Below are positions 36,219 through 47,497 of a DNA stretch of 64,000 nucleotides, in pieces. Source of the DNA: Mobula birostris (taxonomy: Eukaryota); contig NC_092374.1 of the NCBI RefSeq assembly GCF_030028105.1, forward strand, positions 175,422,057 to 175,486,056, given 5' to 3'. The notes beneath the pieces were generated by a model that was not told the origin of the DNA, made no database searches, and was given only the letters and a program-made list of their open reading frames with translations. The number at the start of each line of letters is the position of its first letter. The stretch's first letter is position 1. A program made the position numbers and the translations under genes.

Positions 36219-39200
36219 TTTTGTATCCATGGGGATAAAACAGGTAAATTATTGGCTAACCAAATTAAAAATATTAGTGCTAAACAGCAGATTAAAGAAA
36301 TTTATAAACTTAACGGTACTAGGACAACTGATCATTTAGAAATAAATGATACTTTTAGAGAATATTATTCTAAACTTTAGCTCTGATCTTAAAGATATTA
36401 TAATGGATAACTTTTTAGACCAAATAAATATCCCTATGCTTTCTGATGACAGAAAACAGTTGGATCAGTATTTCTGATGAAGAAATAGCCGAAGCTGTAC
36501 GTTCATTGTACTCGGAAAGCTCCAGGTCCTGACGGATTTTCTGGAGGATTTTATAAGGCTTTTTCTTCCTTGCTTATACCCCATTTATGATCAGTTCTTT
36601 CAGATTCTTTTAAGTTAGGTAGGTTACTGCAATCCTTTTACGAAGCTTCTATTTCACTTTCAGAAGAATAAGAATCCAACTGAATGTTCTTCATATAGAC
36701 CAATTTCTTTACTTAATGTTGATGCTAAAATTTTAGCTAAAATTCTGGCCCGTTGAATGGAAAATCTTACCATCTGTCATTTCTGATGATCGGACTGGCT
36801 TTATTAAAAATTGATATTCTCATTTTATTCACCAATTATTAAATCTTCTAAAGAGATATCGGAATGTGTGATATCCTTAGATGCTAAGGAGGCTTTTGAT
36901 CGGGTAGAATGGCATTATTTAAAATTTTAGAAAAATTTAATTTTGGGTCCAACTTTATTCAATGGATTAAATTACTGGATTTATCTCCTTTTGCTTGGGT
37001 TCTTACTAACTCTTAGAATTCTAAACCATTTAAACTTCAATGTGGAACCAGACAAGGTTGCCCTTTGAGTCCTTTGCTCTTTGACCTGGCTTTAGAACCT
37101 TTAGCTATTGCTTTGAGAATCTAACGATATCACTGGTATTTTACGGAAGGGTACTATCCGCAAAGTTTCACTTTAGAAATGTAAAGCAATAAATTTGCAT
37201 AACGTCGAAACTTCATTACCTTCTGTGCTTTCTTTACTATCCTGCTTTAGTCAATTTTCTGGATATAAACCGAACCTACACAAGTGTGAACTTTTCCTTT
37301 TGAATAATTTGCCATTAACTGATAATAACCATCCTTTTAAAATTGTAAGAAACCAATTCACTTATTTGGGTGTAACAATTACTAAGAACTATAAACACAA
37401 AGTAAAAAAATTTCTTTAAATAAATTGTATAAAAAGAACATTATCAAATTGGTCACCCTTTTCATTATCATTGATTGGCCAAATTAATTCTATTAAAATG
37501 AATGTTTTACCTAAATTCATATACCTCTTTCAGGCATTACCAGTTTTTACTCCTAAATCCTTTTTTTGACACTCTGGACTATTTTATCTTCCTACATATG
37601 GGGAAAAATAAATGTCCTCGACTGAATAAAGTCCATCTCCAGAAAGTTAAAGAATGGAGGTTTAGCCTTACCAAATTTTACATTTTATTACGTGAATTGA
37701 TTATGGGGAGCAAGGACATGGCAGACCAATTGAATAATTACTTTGGTTCTGCCTTCACTAAAGAGGACATAAATAATCTTCTAGAAATAGTAGGGGACAG
37801 AGGGTCCAGTGAGATGGAGGAACTGAGCGAAATACATGTTAGTAGGGAAGTGGTGTTAGGTAAATTGAAGGGATTAAAGGTGGATAAATCCCCAGGGCCA
37901 GATGGTCTGCATCCCAGAATGCTTAAGGAAGTAGCCCAAGAAATAGTGGATGCATTAGTGATAATTTTTCAAAACTTTAGATTCTGGACTAGTTCCTGAG
38001 GATTGGAGGGTGGCTAATGTAACCCCACTTTTTTAAAAAAGGAGGGAGAGAAACTGGGGAATTAGACCAGTTAGCCTAACATCAGTGGTGGGGAAACTGC
38101 TAGAGTCAGTTATCAAAGATGTGATAACAGCACATTTGGAAAGTGGTGAAATCATCAGACAAAGTCAGCATGGATTTGTGAAAGAAAAATCATGTCTGAC
38201 GAATCTCATAGAATTTTTTGAGGATTTAACTAGTAGAGTGGATAGGGGAGAACCAGTGGATGTGGTATATTTGGATTTTCAAAAGGCTTTTGACAAGGGC
38301 CCACACAGGAGATTAGAGTGCAAACTTAAAGCACATGGTATTGGGGGTATGGTATTGATGTGTATAGAGAATTGGTTGGCAGACAGGAAGCAAAGTGGGA
38401 ATAAATGGGACCTTTTCAGAATGGCAGGCAGTGACTAGTGGGGTACTGCAAGGGCTCAGTGCTGGGACCCCAGTTGTTTATAATATATTAATGACTTGGA
38501 TGAGGGAATTAAATGCAGCATCTCCAAGTTTGCGGATGACACGAAGCTGGGTGGCAGTGTTAGCTGTCAGGAGGATGCTAAGAGGATGCAGGGTGACTTG
38601 GATAGGTTAGGTGAGTGGGCAAATTCATGGCAGATGCAATTTAATGTGGATAAATGTGAAGTTATCCACTTTGGCGGCAAAAACAGGAAAACAGATTATT
38701 ATTTGAATGGTGGCCGATTAGGAAAAGGGGAGGTGCAACAAGACCTGGGTGTCATTATACACCAGTCATTGAAAGTGGGTATGCAGGTCAGCAGGCGACG
38801 AAAAAGGCAAATGGTATGCTGGCATTTATAGCAAGGGGATACGAGTACAGGAGCAGGGAGGTACTACTGCAGTTGTACAAGGCCTTGGTGAGACCACACC
38901 TGGAATATTGTGTGCAGTTTTGGTCCCCTAATCTGAGGAAAGACATCCTTGCCATGGAGTACAAAGAAGGTTCACCAGATTGACTTTTGGGATGGCAGGG
39001 CTTTCATATGATGAAAGACTGGATGAACTAGGCTTATACTCGTTGGAATTTAGAAGATTGAGGGGGGATCTGATTGAAATGTATAAAATCCTAAAAGGAT
39101 TGGACAGGCTAGATGCAGGAAGATTGTTCCTGATGTTGGGGAGGTCCAGAATGAGGGGTCACAGTTTGAGGATGAAGGGGAAGCCTTTTAGGACCGAGAT

Positions 39201-40862
39201 GAGGAAAAACTACTTCACACAGTGGTGAATCTGTGGAATTCTCTGCCACAGGAAACAGTTGAGGCCAGTTCATTGGCTATATTTAAGAGGGAGTTAGATA
39301 TGGCCCTTGTGGCTAAAGGGATCAGGGGGTATGGAGGGAAGGCTGGTGCAGAGTTCTGAGTTGGATGATCAGCCATGATCATACTGAATGGTGTTGCATG
39401 CTCGAAGGGCTGAATGGCCTACTGCACCTATTTTCTATGTTTCTGTGTTTCTATTACTGGGCAGCTAATATACAGAATCTCACGTTTTGGTTATACTATA
39501 TTAACCATGAGGACTGTCCCAGGTGGGTTTCTTTAGAAACTAACTTGGTTAATAAATTTTCTATTATCTCCCTATTGGAATCTTCACTTTCTTTATCCTT
39601 GAGCAAGATAACTGAAAATGTGGAAGTCAAACATACTTTAAGGATTTGGATACAATTTGGAAAACACTGGTTTATTGAGATTCTCCCTTTCTAGTCCTTA
39701 AATTTTTTTTTTTAAGCCTTCTATGACTGTAGTCTTTAAACATTGGGAAGGATTGGGCATTACATGTTTTCAGGATCTGTTTGTAGGAGGATGTCTGTCT
39801 TTGTTTGAACAATTGTCAATTAAATACAGTTTACCCAAAACTTTTTTTTTGTACTTACAAATCAGATTTTCTGAGATCTCAATTATATACATTTCCCAAT
39901 AGATCTGATAAGAACATATTAGATGAAATTCTTAATATGAAACCATTCTATAGTGGTTCAATATCCAATATTTATGATGTTGGGAATGAGAAATGATTCT
40001 TTAGACAAGATTAAGAATCATTGGGAACAAGATTTACAGACCTCAATTTCTGAAGAAACTTGGAATGAAATTTTTAAATTGGTTAATACTTCATTACTAT
40101 GTGCTTGTCATTCCCTCCTACAATTTAAAGTGGTTCATAGGGCTTATATGACAAAGGATAAATTATCTTGTTTTTATAGAGATATATCTCCCTATTGTGA
40201 TAGATGTAACAATGGAGAAGCTTCACTTATTCATATGTTTTAGACTTGTCCAAGTCTTAGAAAGTATTGGAAGGAAAATTTAAACTTTTTCTGTACTCAA
40301 AGTAAATTTTAAGCTTAATCCTTTGACTGCCCTATTTGGTATTGTTGGAAGCAAAGATATCATTTTGAGGACATCTGATCTGAACATTCTGGCTTTTATC
40401 TCTCATGGCTAGAAGGGCACTTCTGTTTAAATGGAAGGATGCTGTTCTGCCTAATCATGCCCGGTGGTTATGGGATGTTATGGCATGCCTAAATTTAGAA
40501 AAGATTCATTTCTCCATTTCTGAATCTAACCAAGATTTTCAAAATCTGTGGGGGCTGTTTTTAAATTATTTTCATAATCTTTGATTTCTTGTTAAAGTAC
40601 AGAAGGTGGTTAGTAGTACATTTATTATCTGAAAATTTTCTTTGTCCCAAATAGCTTTGGCTTTGGTAGTGGGTGTAGATCTTTTTCTTTTCTTAAAATT
40701 GTTTATATTCCAATATGAACTAATCTATCCATATGAATATAGAGTAAGGAGTTCATTAATGTGATTTAATATACTATATTTGGTATTTTTGTTTTATAAT
40801 GTATTCTCTTGAACTCTTGATTTCTATATACAAGAATACAATCAATAAAAATATTGAAAAAG
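36219..40862 (+). mobile_element. 5-prime-truncated L1-clade LINE with TSD aatataaat, split by a CR1
   Basis: [66 protein letters not shown] at 40844-40849. TSD at 36210-36218 and 40863-40871. Confidence 0.9.
37692..39451 (+). mobile_element. 5-prime-truncated CR1 inserted in the L1, TSD tattac
   Basis: tattac at 37686-37691 and 39452-39457. The L1 frame LPNF..YYWAAN is restored on removal. Tail ttctatgtttctgtgtttc. Confidence 0.93.
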
Positions 40863-42099
40863 AATATAAATGACCTGGATGAGGAAGTGGAGGGATGGGT
40901 TAGTAAATTTGCTGATGACAAAGTTTGGGGATGTTATTGATAATGCGGAGGGCTGTCAGATTACGGCAGGACATTGATAGGATGCAAAACTGGGCTGAGA
41001 AGTGGCAGATGGAGTTCAACCCAGATAAGTGTGAGGTGATTCATTTTGGTAGGTCAAATATGATGGCAGAATATGGTATTAATGGTAAGAATTTTGGCAG
41101 TGTGGAGGGTCAATCCATAGGACACTCAAAGCTGCTAATGTTGCAGCTATATAGGACCCTGGTCAGACCCCACTTGGAGTTCTGTGCTCAATTCTAGTTA
41201 CCTCACTACAGGAAGGATGTGGAAACTGTAGAAAGTGTGCAGAGGAGGTTTACAAGGATGTTGCCTGAATTGGGAAGCATGCCTTATGAGAATGGGTTGA
41301 GTGAACTTGGCCTTTTCTCCTTGGAGCAACGGAGGATGAGAGGTGACCTGAGAGGTGTACAAGATACTGGAATGAGAGGCATAGATCATGTGGATAGTCA
41401 GAGGCTTTTTCTCAGGACTGAAATGACTAGCACGAGAAGGCATAATTTTAATGTGGTTGGAAGAAGGCACCGAGGAGATGTCAGGGGTAAATGTTTTTAT
41501 GCAGAGTGGTGAGTGCATGGAATGGGCTGCTGGTGACGGTGGTGGAGGCAGAAACGATGGGTCTGTTAAGAGACTCCTGGATGGGTATATGGAACTTAGA
41601 AAAATAGAGGGCTATGGGTAACCCTAGGTAGTTAAGGTAAGGACATATTCAGCACAGCTTTGTGGGCTGAAGGCCCTGTAAGGTGCTGCAAGTTTTCTGT
41701 TTCTATATTTCTATTATACAGTTTAATACATGGTCAGGAGTTGGTATAGAAGAGAGGACATATGATTTTTGGATCATTGGGCTCTATTTTGGGGAAGGTG
41801 GGCCCGATACAGAAGGGAAGGTTTGCACTTGAACTGGCTGGGGACTTATCCTAGTCAGAGGGTGTGTTAGTGCTGCATGTTGGGGTTTAGAGTTGTAGGG
41901 GATGGGAAGCAGTGCCAGAACAGTTGGTGGAGAGGCTGTGAAGGCAGATATTGGTAAGAGCTCTAAGTCAGTAATCAAAAGGTTGAGCATGGTGTGACTA
42001 CTGTCCTGAGCTGCCTATTTCAATACAAGAAATATTGTAGGAAAAGCAGATAATGCTGAAGATGAGGTAGCTGGTTTACAAACAGACAATGTGTACTGA

Positions 42100-44710
42100 G
42101 GAGAGGCTGAATGGGTAAAATTGCAGTCAACAAGATGAGTTGCAATGTAAAAGGCAGACAAAATCACATGGTGAATAAAAGACAATGTATTGTATCTGAA
42201 TATGTGCAGTGTATGGTATGGGTAGATGAACTTACAGCACACTTGCAAATTGGCAGGTATGATTTGGGTATCACTGAATCATGGCTGGAAGATTATTAAG
42301 GGTTCTGCAGTTTACTGTGTACTGAATGAAATTGAGGATGGGGTGAGGGGAATGAACTGAGGGTGGGTCAGAGGCTGGATAGGGGAGGAAGGTGTTGAAT
42401 CATTGTGAATAGAGCTAAAGATCTTTGTGTAAAAAGGCCCTGATGGGAGTTGTATATAGACCCCAAACCAGTAGTAAGGATGTGGCCTACAAGTTACAAT
42501 GAGGGATAGAAAATGCATGCCAAAAGGACAATGTTACAATAGTCATGGGGGACTTCAATATGCAGGTAGATTTGGGGGGGAAAGTCAGGTTGGTGCTGGA
42601 TTACAGGAGGGGAATTTCTAGAGTGCCTACAAGATGGCTTTTTAGAGCAGCTCGTGGTTGACCCCCCTAGAGCATCAGCTATTCTTGATTGTGTTGTGCA
42701 ATGAACCAGAAATCATTAGGGGAGCTTAAGGTAAAAGAACCTTCGGTGAAGTGTTCATAATATAATTGAATTCGCTCTGAAATTTGAAGCTAAAGTCAGA
42801 TGTATCAGTATTACAGTGGAGTAAAGGGAATTGCAGATGCATGAGGAGTTGGCCAGAATTGGTTGGAAAAGAACACTGACAGGGATGATGGTAGAGCAGT
42901 AATGACTGGAATTTCTGGAAGCAATTCAGAAGGCACAGGGTGTACACCCCAAAGAGGATGTATTCTAAAGGAAAGATGGCACAACTGTGGTTAGCAATAG
43001 AAGTTAGTCAACATAAGCCAGAGGGTATATGAGAGCAAAAATTGGTGGAAAGTCAGGATTGTGAAGCCTTTATTAAACCAACAGAAGGCAACTTCAAAGG
43101 TCACTGAAGGCAAAGATGGAAAATGAAAGTAAGTGAGCCAATAATGGAGGATACCAAGTTTCTTCATTTACATAGTGTAAAAAGTGAGGCTGGATATTGA
43201 ACTGCTGGGAAATGATGCTTGAGGTAGTAATGGAACAGCAAAATAGTGGACACACTGAATAAATATTTTGCATCAGTCTTCACTGTGGAAGACACTAGCA
43301 GTATGATGGAATTTCCAGGTGTCAGGGGTATTGAAGTATGTGAAGTTAGCATAACTAGAGAAGGTTCTTGGGGAAACTAAGGTCTGTAGGTGAGCAAGTC
43401 ACCTAGACCAGATGGTATGCACTCCAGAGGTTCTGAAAGAGGTGGCTGAAGGATTTGTGGAGGCATTTGTAATGATCTTTGAAGAATCACTTGATTCTGG
43501 AGTGGTTCTGGGAAACTGGAAAATTGCAAATGTCACTTTCCTCTGAGAAGGGAGAGGCAGGAGAAAGGAAACTAGTCTGACCCCCAGTGGTAGGGAAAAT
43601 GTTGGAGTTGATTAAGAATGAGGTTTCAGCATACTCGGAGGCAAGGGTACATGGTCCATAGTCAGCATGGTTTTCTGAATGGAAAATCTTCCCAGACAAG
43701 TCTGAAATTCTTTTGAAGAAATAACAAGCAGGATAGACAAGGGAGAATTAGTTGTGTACTTGGATTTTCTGAAGTCCTTTGACAAAATGCTATACATGAG
43801 GCTGCTTAACAAACTACAAGCCCATGGTACTACAGGAAAGATTCTAGCATAGATAATACAGTGGCTGATTGGCAGGATGCAGAGTGGGATTGAAGGGATT
43901 ACAGAAGGACTTGGACAGATTAGAAGAATGGACAAAGAAATGGTGGATGGAATAGTGTGTGGCAGTGCATGGTCATGCACATTGGTAGAAGAAACGATAG
44001 GGTTGATTATTTTCTAAATGGAGAGGATACAAAAAACTGAGGTGCAAAGGGACTTGGGTCCTTGTGCAGGATCCCCTAAAGGTTAATTTGCAGGTTGAGT
44101 CTGACAAGGAAAATACAACGTTGGCATTCATTTCAAGAGGACTAGAATATAAATGCAAGGATGTTATGTTGAGACTTTGTAAAGCACTGAGGCCTCACTT
44201 GGATTATTGTGAGCAGACTTTGGCCCCTTGTCTCAAAAGGTGTGCTGAAATTGGAGAGAGTTCAAAGGAGGTTCATTATGATGATCCAGGAGTGAATGGC
44301 TTGTCATATGAAGAGTGTCTGATGACTTGGGACTTTCACTGAGAAGAATGAGGGGTTGCCTCATTGAAACCTATGGAATGGTGAAAGACCTTGAAAGTGG
44401 ATATGGAGAGGATGTTTCCTCTGGTGGGTGAGTCTAAGACCAGAGGTCAGTCTCAGAATAGAGGGGTGTCTTTCTAGAACAGGTGAGGAATTTCTTTAGC
44501 CAGAGTGAATATGTAGAATTCTTTGCCATAGGCAGCTATGCAGGCCAAGTCTTTATGCATATTTAAAGCAAAGCTTGACAGATTCTTGATTGGTCGGGGC
44601 ATGAAGGGATATGGGGAGAAGGCAGGAGATTGGGGCTGAGGAAAATTAGATGGTGGCAGTTTCAATGATACAAATTGCCTAATTCTGCTCCTATATATTG
44701 TGGTCTTGGG
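42100..44710 (+). mobile_element. Decayed CR1 (endonuclease to 3-prime end, internal deletions)
   Basis: LQIGRYDLGITESWLED, LAFISRGLEYKCKDVMLRL..RPHLDYC. Confidence 0.85.
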
Positions 44711-45018
44711 CCCAATCAGTACAATTTCAGGGTGGTTATGCTGGGAATTCTTTTCTCCAGAACTGGAGGTGGAATAATTGAAAAATATTCAAGTGGTGAT
44801 TGCTGGGAGGTTAAGCTACAAGAAGCCAAAGGTTAATAGGAGGTGAAATGACTTGTGCCAAGATTAGATTGGCCATATTGAGCATTGGAGTGGATCTGAA
44901 TCCATTCCATCACACTCTGCAGCAGTTGCGAGTCCGTAAGATTAAGTTTCTTGATGAAACTGCCGAGTGCTATACTAGGCTTGACCCTGTCACTGACCAC
45001 ACCTACTTTCTCTTTCAG

Positions 45019-45048
45019 CTATTCTGGATTCCAGCAGTCACGGCCCAC
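45019..45048 (+). CDS. mhc2b: MHC class II beta exon 5, cytoplasmic tail microexon (AILDSSSHGP-R)
   Basis: 30 nt, acceptor ctttctctttcag, donor C|GTGAGT. Phase 1 at both ends joins exons 4 and 6 in frame. Resembles shark class II beta tails as recalled, not searched. Confidence 0.85.
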
Positions 45049-45164
45049 GTGAGTATCCCAAGGGAAGATTTGTAGTGACCCCGGTGGTGTGGGAAGGAAT
45101 GTGGTACTTATTGGTGAATAAAGCTTGTTTGAAGGAAGTGCCAAGATCAAGTGGAGCTTCTCAT

Positions 45165-45520
45165 GTGTCACATTTACAGCACTGGGGCCTTTCAGTCCAT
45201 TGAGCTACTGCCAGCCCATGGCAATTCCATGACCTCACTTCACTGTAATGCACTCTCTCCCACATCCATCACCTTCCCCTCATTCCCAAAATTCTCTAAG
45301 CTACAGCAGCCAGTTAACCCACACTGACCTGCACAATGTTAGGATTTTGGAGGGAAGTAGAGCTTGGGGGTGGGGGGGGGGGTTGTGTATCTGTTCTCCC
45401 CCCCCCCTCCCCCCCCCCCCCCCCATATGGTCACAGGGAGAATGCAAACTCCAGAGTGCTGGAGGTCAGGATTGAACCTGTCACTGGATTTGAGGCAGCA
45501 ACACTAAATGCTGCCTGTGG
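45165..45520 (-). mobile_element. HE1/V-SINE-like SINE in intron 5, with long G and C tracts
   Basis: cccatatggtcacagggagaatgcaaactcc and caggattgaacctg. Confidence 0.7.
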
Positions 45521-45707
45521 AGCTCCCTGTAGAGTGGACATGTCATGTAACCAGTGGGGATGGGGCAGGGAGTATAAAGATGGCACTGTCACTAGGGACC
45601 CTGTGTGCAGTACAGAGGTCAATGTAATATTAGGAGGAGCTTTGTAAAGGTGGGATATTCCCCATGCTCTTGTCTGGACACTGATATCTCTCCATCCTCT
45701 GTTCCAG

Positions 45708-45733
45708 GTCTGATGGGCCCACAAATCAGTTAA
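45708..45733 (+). CDS. mhc2b: MHC class II beta exon 6, end of tail (R-LMGPQIS*)
   Basis: Acceptor ctctccatcctctgttccag, then GT CTG ATG GGC CCA CAA ATC AGT TAA (stop 45731-45733). Confidence 0.85.
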
Positions 45734-46598
45734 CCCAGTCTCAAGCACAGTGCAGTTTCTACCCTCCGTGGTGGCTTGAACCTGCTGGCTGCCCCAGGAC
45801 TCCGGCCCAGTGGGTAGGAAGCTGCTCTGTTGGCTTTGAAAGCAGTTCCCTCTACGCAACAATATAAAGGTTCACTGAAAGCTCAACCCTGCTGAACACC
45901 CAGTGTGACTGTAGCTTGTATACTGCAGTTAATCTATTTCTCACTGGTTTGGGGATCATTCCCAAATGTCCTGTAATAATCCTTCCTGTCTTGCTATAAC
46001 ACCCTTCAATCTCTAACTGTAAATTGGCATCTTAAATATTACTGTTCTCCAGTTTAAATGATTTTATTGCAAACATTGATCTTCGTATCTACTGATGGCA
46101 TGGTTTAGATTAAACACTTTGCAATGCCAACTCTTGCTTGCTGTCATTGTTCCCCAGTATTTGTCACTCTGATTCTCCCAGATGTTCTCACCCACATGGC
46201 ATTTTAATTCCTCAGTAAATGTTACCCACTGGGCAGTGGACCTGCCATCCACAACACTCCAAGTATTTGGGGTCCATTGTGAAGTTTAATCTGTTTCATT
46301 CTGCAAACTCCTCCCTGCCTGGGGTAGAGTGGTTAAGTAGAAAGGATGGGCTTCCAATCTCCCTCAGTGAAGGAACAGCCATTGACTCAGACTTCAATGT
46401 TCTTCCTGATGGCACCAAATGATGCCAGTCCTGGGATTGGAGAAACTGGGGGAGAAGCAACTGGAAACTAGGTGTGGGTTGTCTAATGAGTCCAATTGAT
46501 TCCTTTCCCTACTGTCCTTTCCTCCAGCTGAGCCACCCTCCTCCAGGGCAGAGGCAAATCAGTGTGGAAAATCAAGGCAAATGATGTTGGAAATGTAA

Positions 46599-46604
46599 AA
46601 TAAA
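46599..46604 (+). terminator. Candidate polyadenylation signal AATAAA for the MHC IIB 3-prime UTR
   Basis: First AATAAA I found after the stop codon, about 870 nt downstream. The intervening sequence is not an obvious TE. Confidence 0.5.
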
Positions 46605-46991
46605 ATCAGCATTGGGAACTCATTATGGGTTGCTGCTGATTACAGTGATGGGGAATTTTAATAATCTGACTGAGTACAGAAGGGGAAGGTGCCCTCAACT
46701 GAAGGGAGGGCAGAATGGAACATCCCAATTGGTGGTTGGGTGGGGAGGGGTATATTGGGACTTCACCAGGGGTAGGAGAAAGCCCTTTGCTCCACAGGAG
46801 CAGTCTGGGAAGTATACAGTCCCACTGAGCTATACATCCTTGTCTGAGTGTCCTAGACAGGGAGCACACATTGTCCACTGCCACTCTGAATACCCTCCAG
46901 TGCCAGTGATGGGCACAGGAGCTGGTGTGCACCCTGGAAGATGAGGATTGTATATCTTAAATGCAGCTGTAATGTGGAATTGTATCTCATC

Positions 46992-47497
46992 CTACTCAGT
47001 GGGCACTTTATTGGGTAAACCTGTGTAGCTGCTTGTTAATACAAATATCTGTCATCCTATGATGTGGCATTAACTTGTGTTAATGATGTGAGCATGGTCA
47101 AGAGACCAAACTTCAGCAAGGGGAAGAAATGTGATCTAAATAATCTTGACCATAGGTTGGTTGATGGTGCTGGACAGTGCAGCTTGAGCATTTCGCAAGC
47201 TACTGATCTTTGAGATTTTTCATGCAAACTATTTTGAGTTTATGGAAAATAGTGCAAAAATTAAAAAAAAACAAAAAAACCTGTGGCAGTTTTGTGGGTG
47301 AAAATGCCCCGTTAATGAGGGAGGCCAGAGGAGAATGGCCAGACTAGTTCAAGCTGATGGGAAATGACTAACTCAACTACACATTACAGCAGGCATGCAG
47401 AAGAGCATCAATGAATGCACAACACATTGACCTTCAAAGTGGATGGGCTACAGCAGCAGACCAAGTTCCATTCCTGTAGCTTAAAGTGGCCCCTGAG
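46992..47497 (+). mobile_element. Tc1-like transposon, internally deleted
   Basis: TIR-like tactcagtgggcactttattgg / taaagtggcccctgag. Remnant GKKCDL...GQRRMARLVQAD...TLKWMGYSSR. Confidence 0.75.

Larger units (their letters stand above)
34080..41720 (+). mobile_element. Near full-length CR1 (ORF1 zinc finger and esterase, RT), split at 36210-40871 by an L1
   Basis: CSSCGTWEVRETSSV..CKKCIQLQLL (ORF1). RT reads VPQGSVLRPLLF on the left and resumes INDLDEEVEGWVSKFADD at about 40868. Confidence 0.9.
8571..45733 (+). other. mhc2b: MHC class II beta-chain gene model, 6 coding exons (as assembled, exon 2 is frameshifted)
   Basis: Exons joined by hand with GT-AG sites, all phase 1: leader, beta1, beta2 (Ig C1), CP/TM, tail-1, tail-2/stop. 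Introns are 13337, 5479, 4737, 12129 and 659 nt. CDS sums to 822 nt. Confidence 0.93.

Noticed and set aside
45366-45424. Adjacent long G and C tracts as a G-quadruplex or hairpin switch; similar runs at 26691-26710 and 26842-26861
   Set aside because: They lie inside SINE or Penelope copies, and homopolymer lengths are unreliable in assemblies.
8571-45733. DM-like or W-category MHC chain instead of conventional class II beta
   Set aside because: The NSS glycan site, W61/N82, GDWTYQ, GxxGFVLGL and the tail all fit conventional elasmobranch class II beta. A phylogeny would be needed to exclude it formally.
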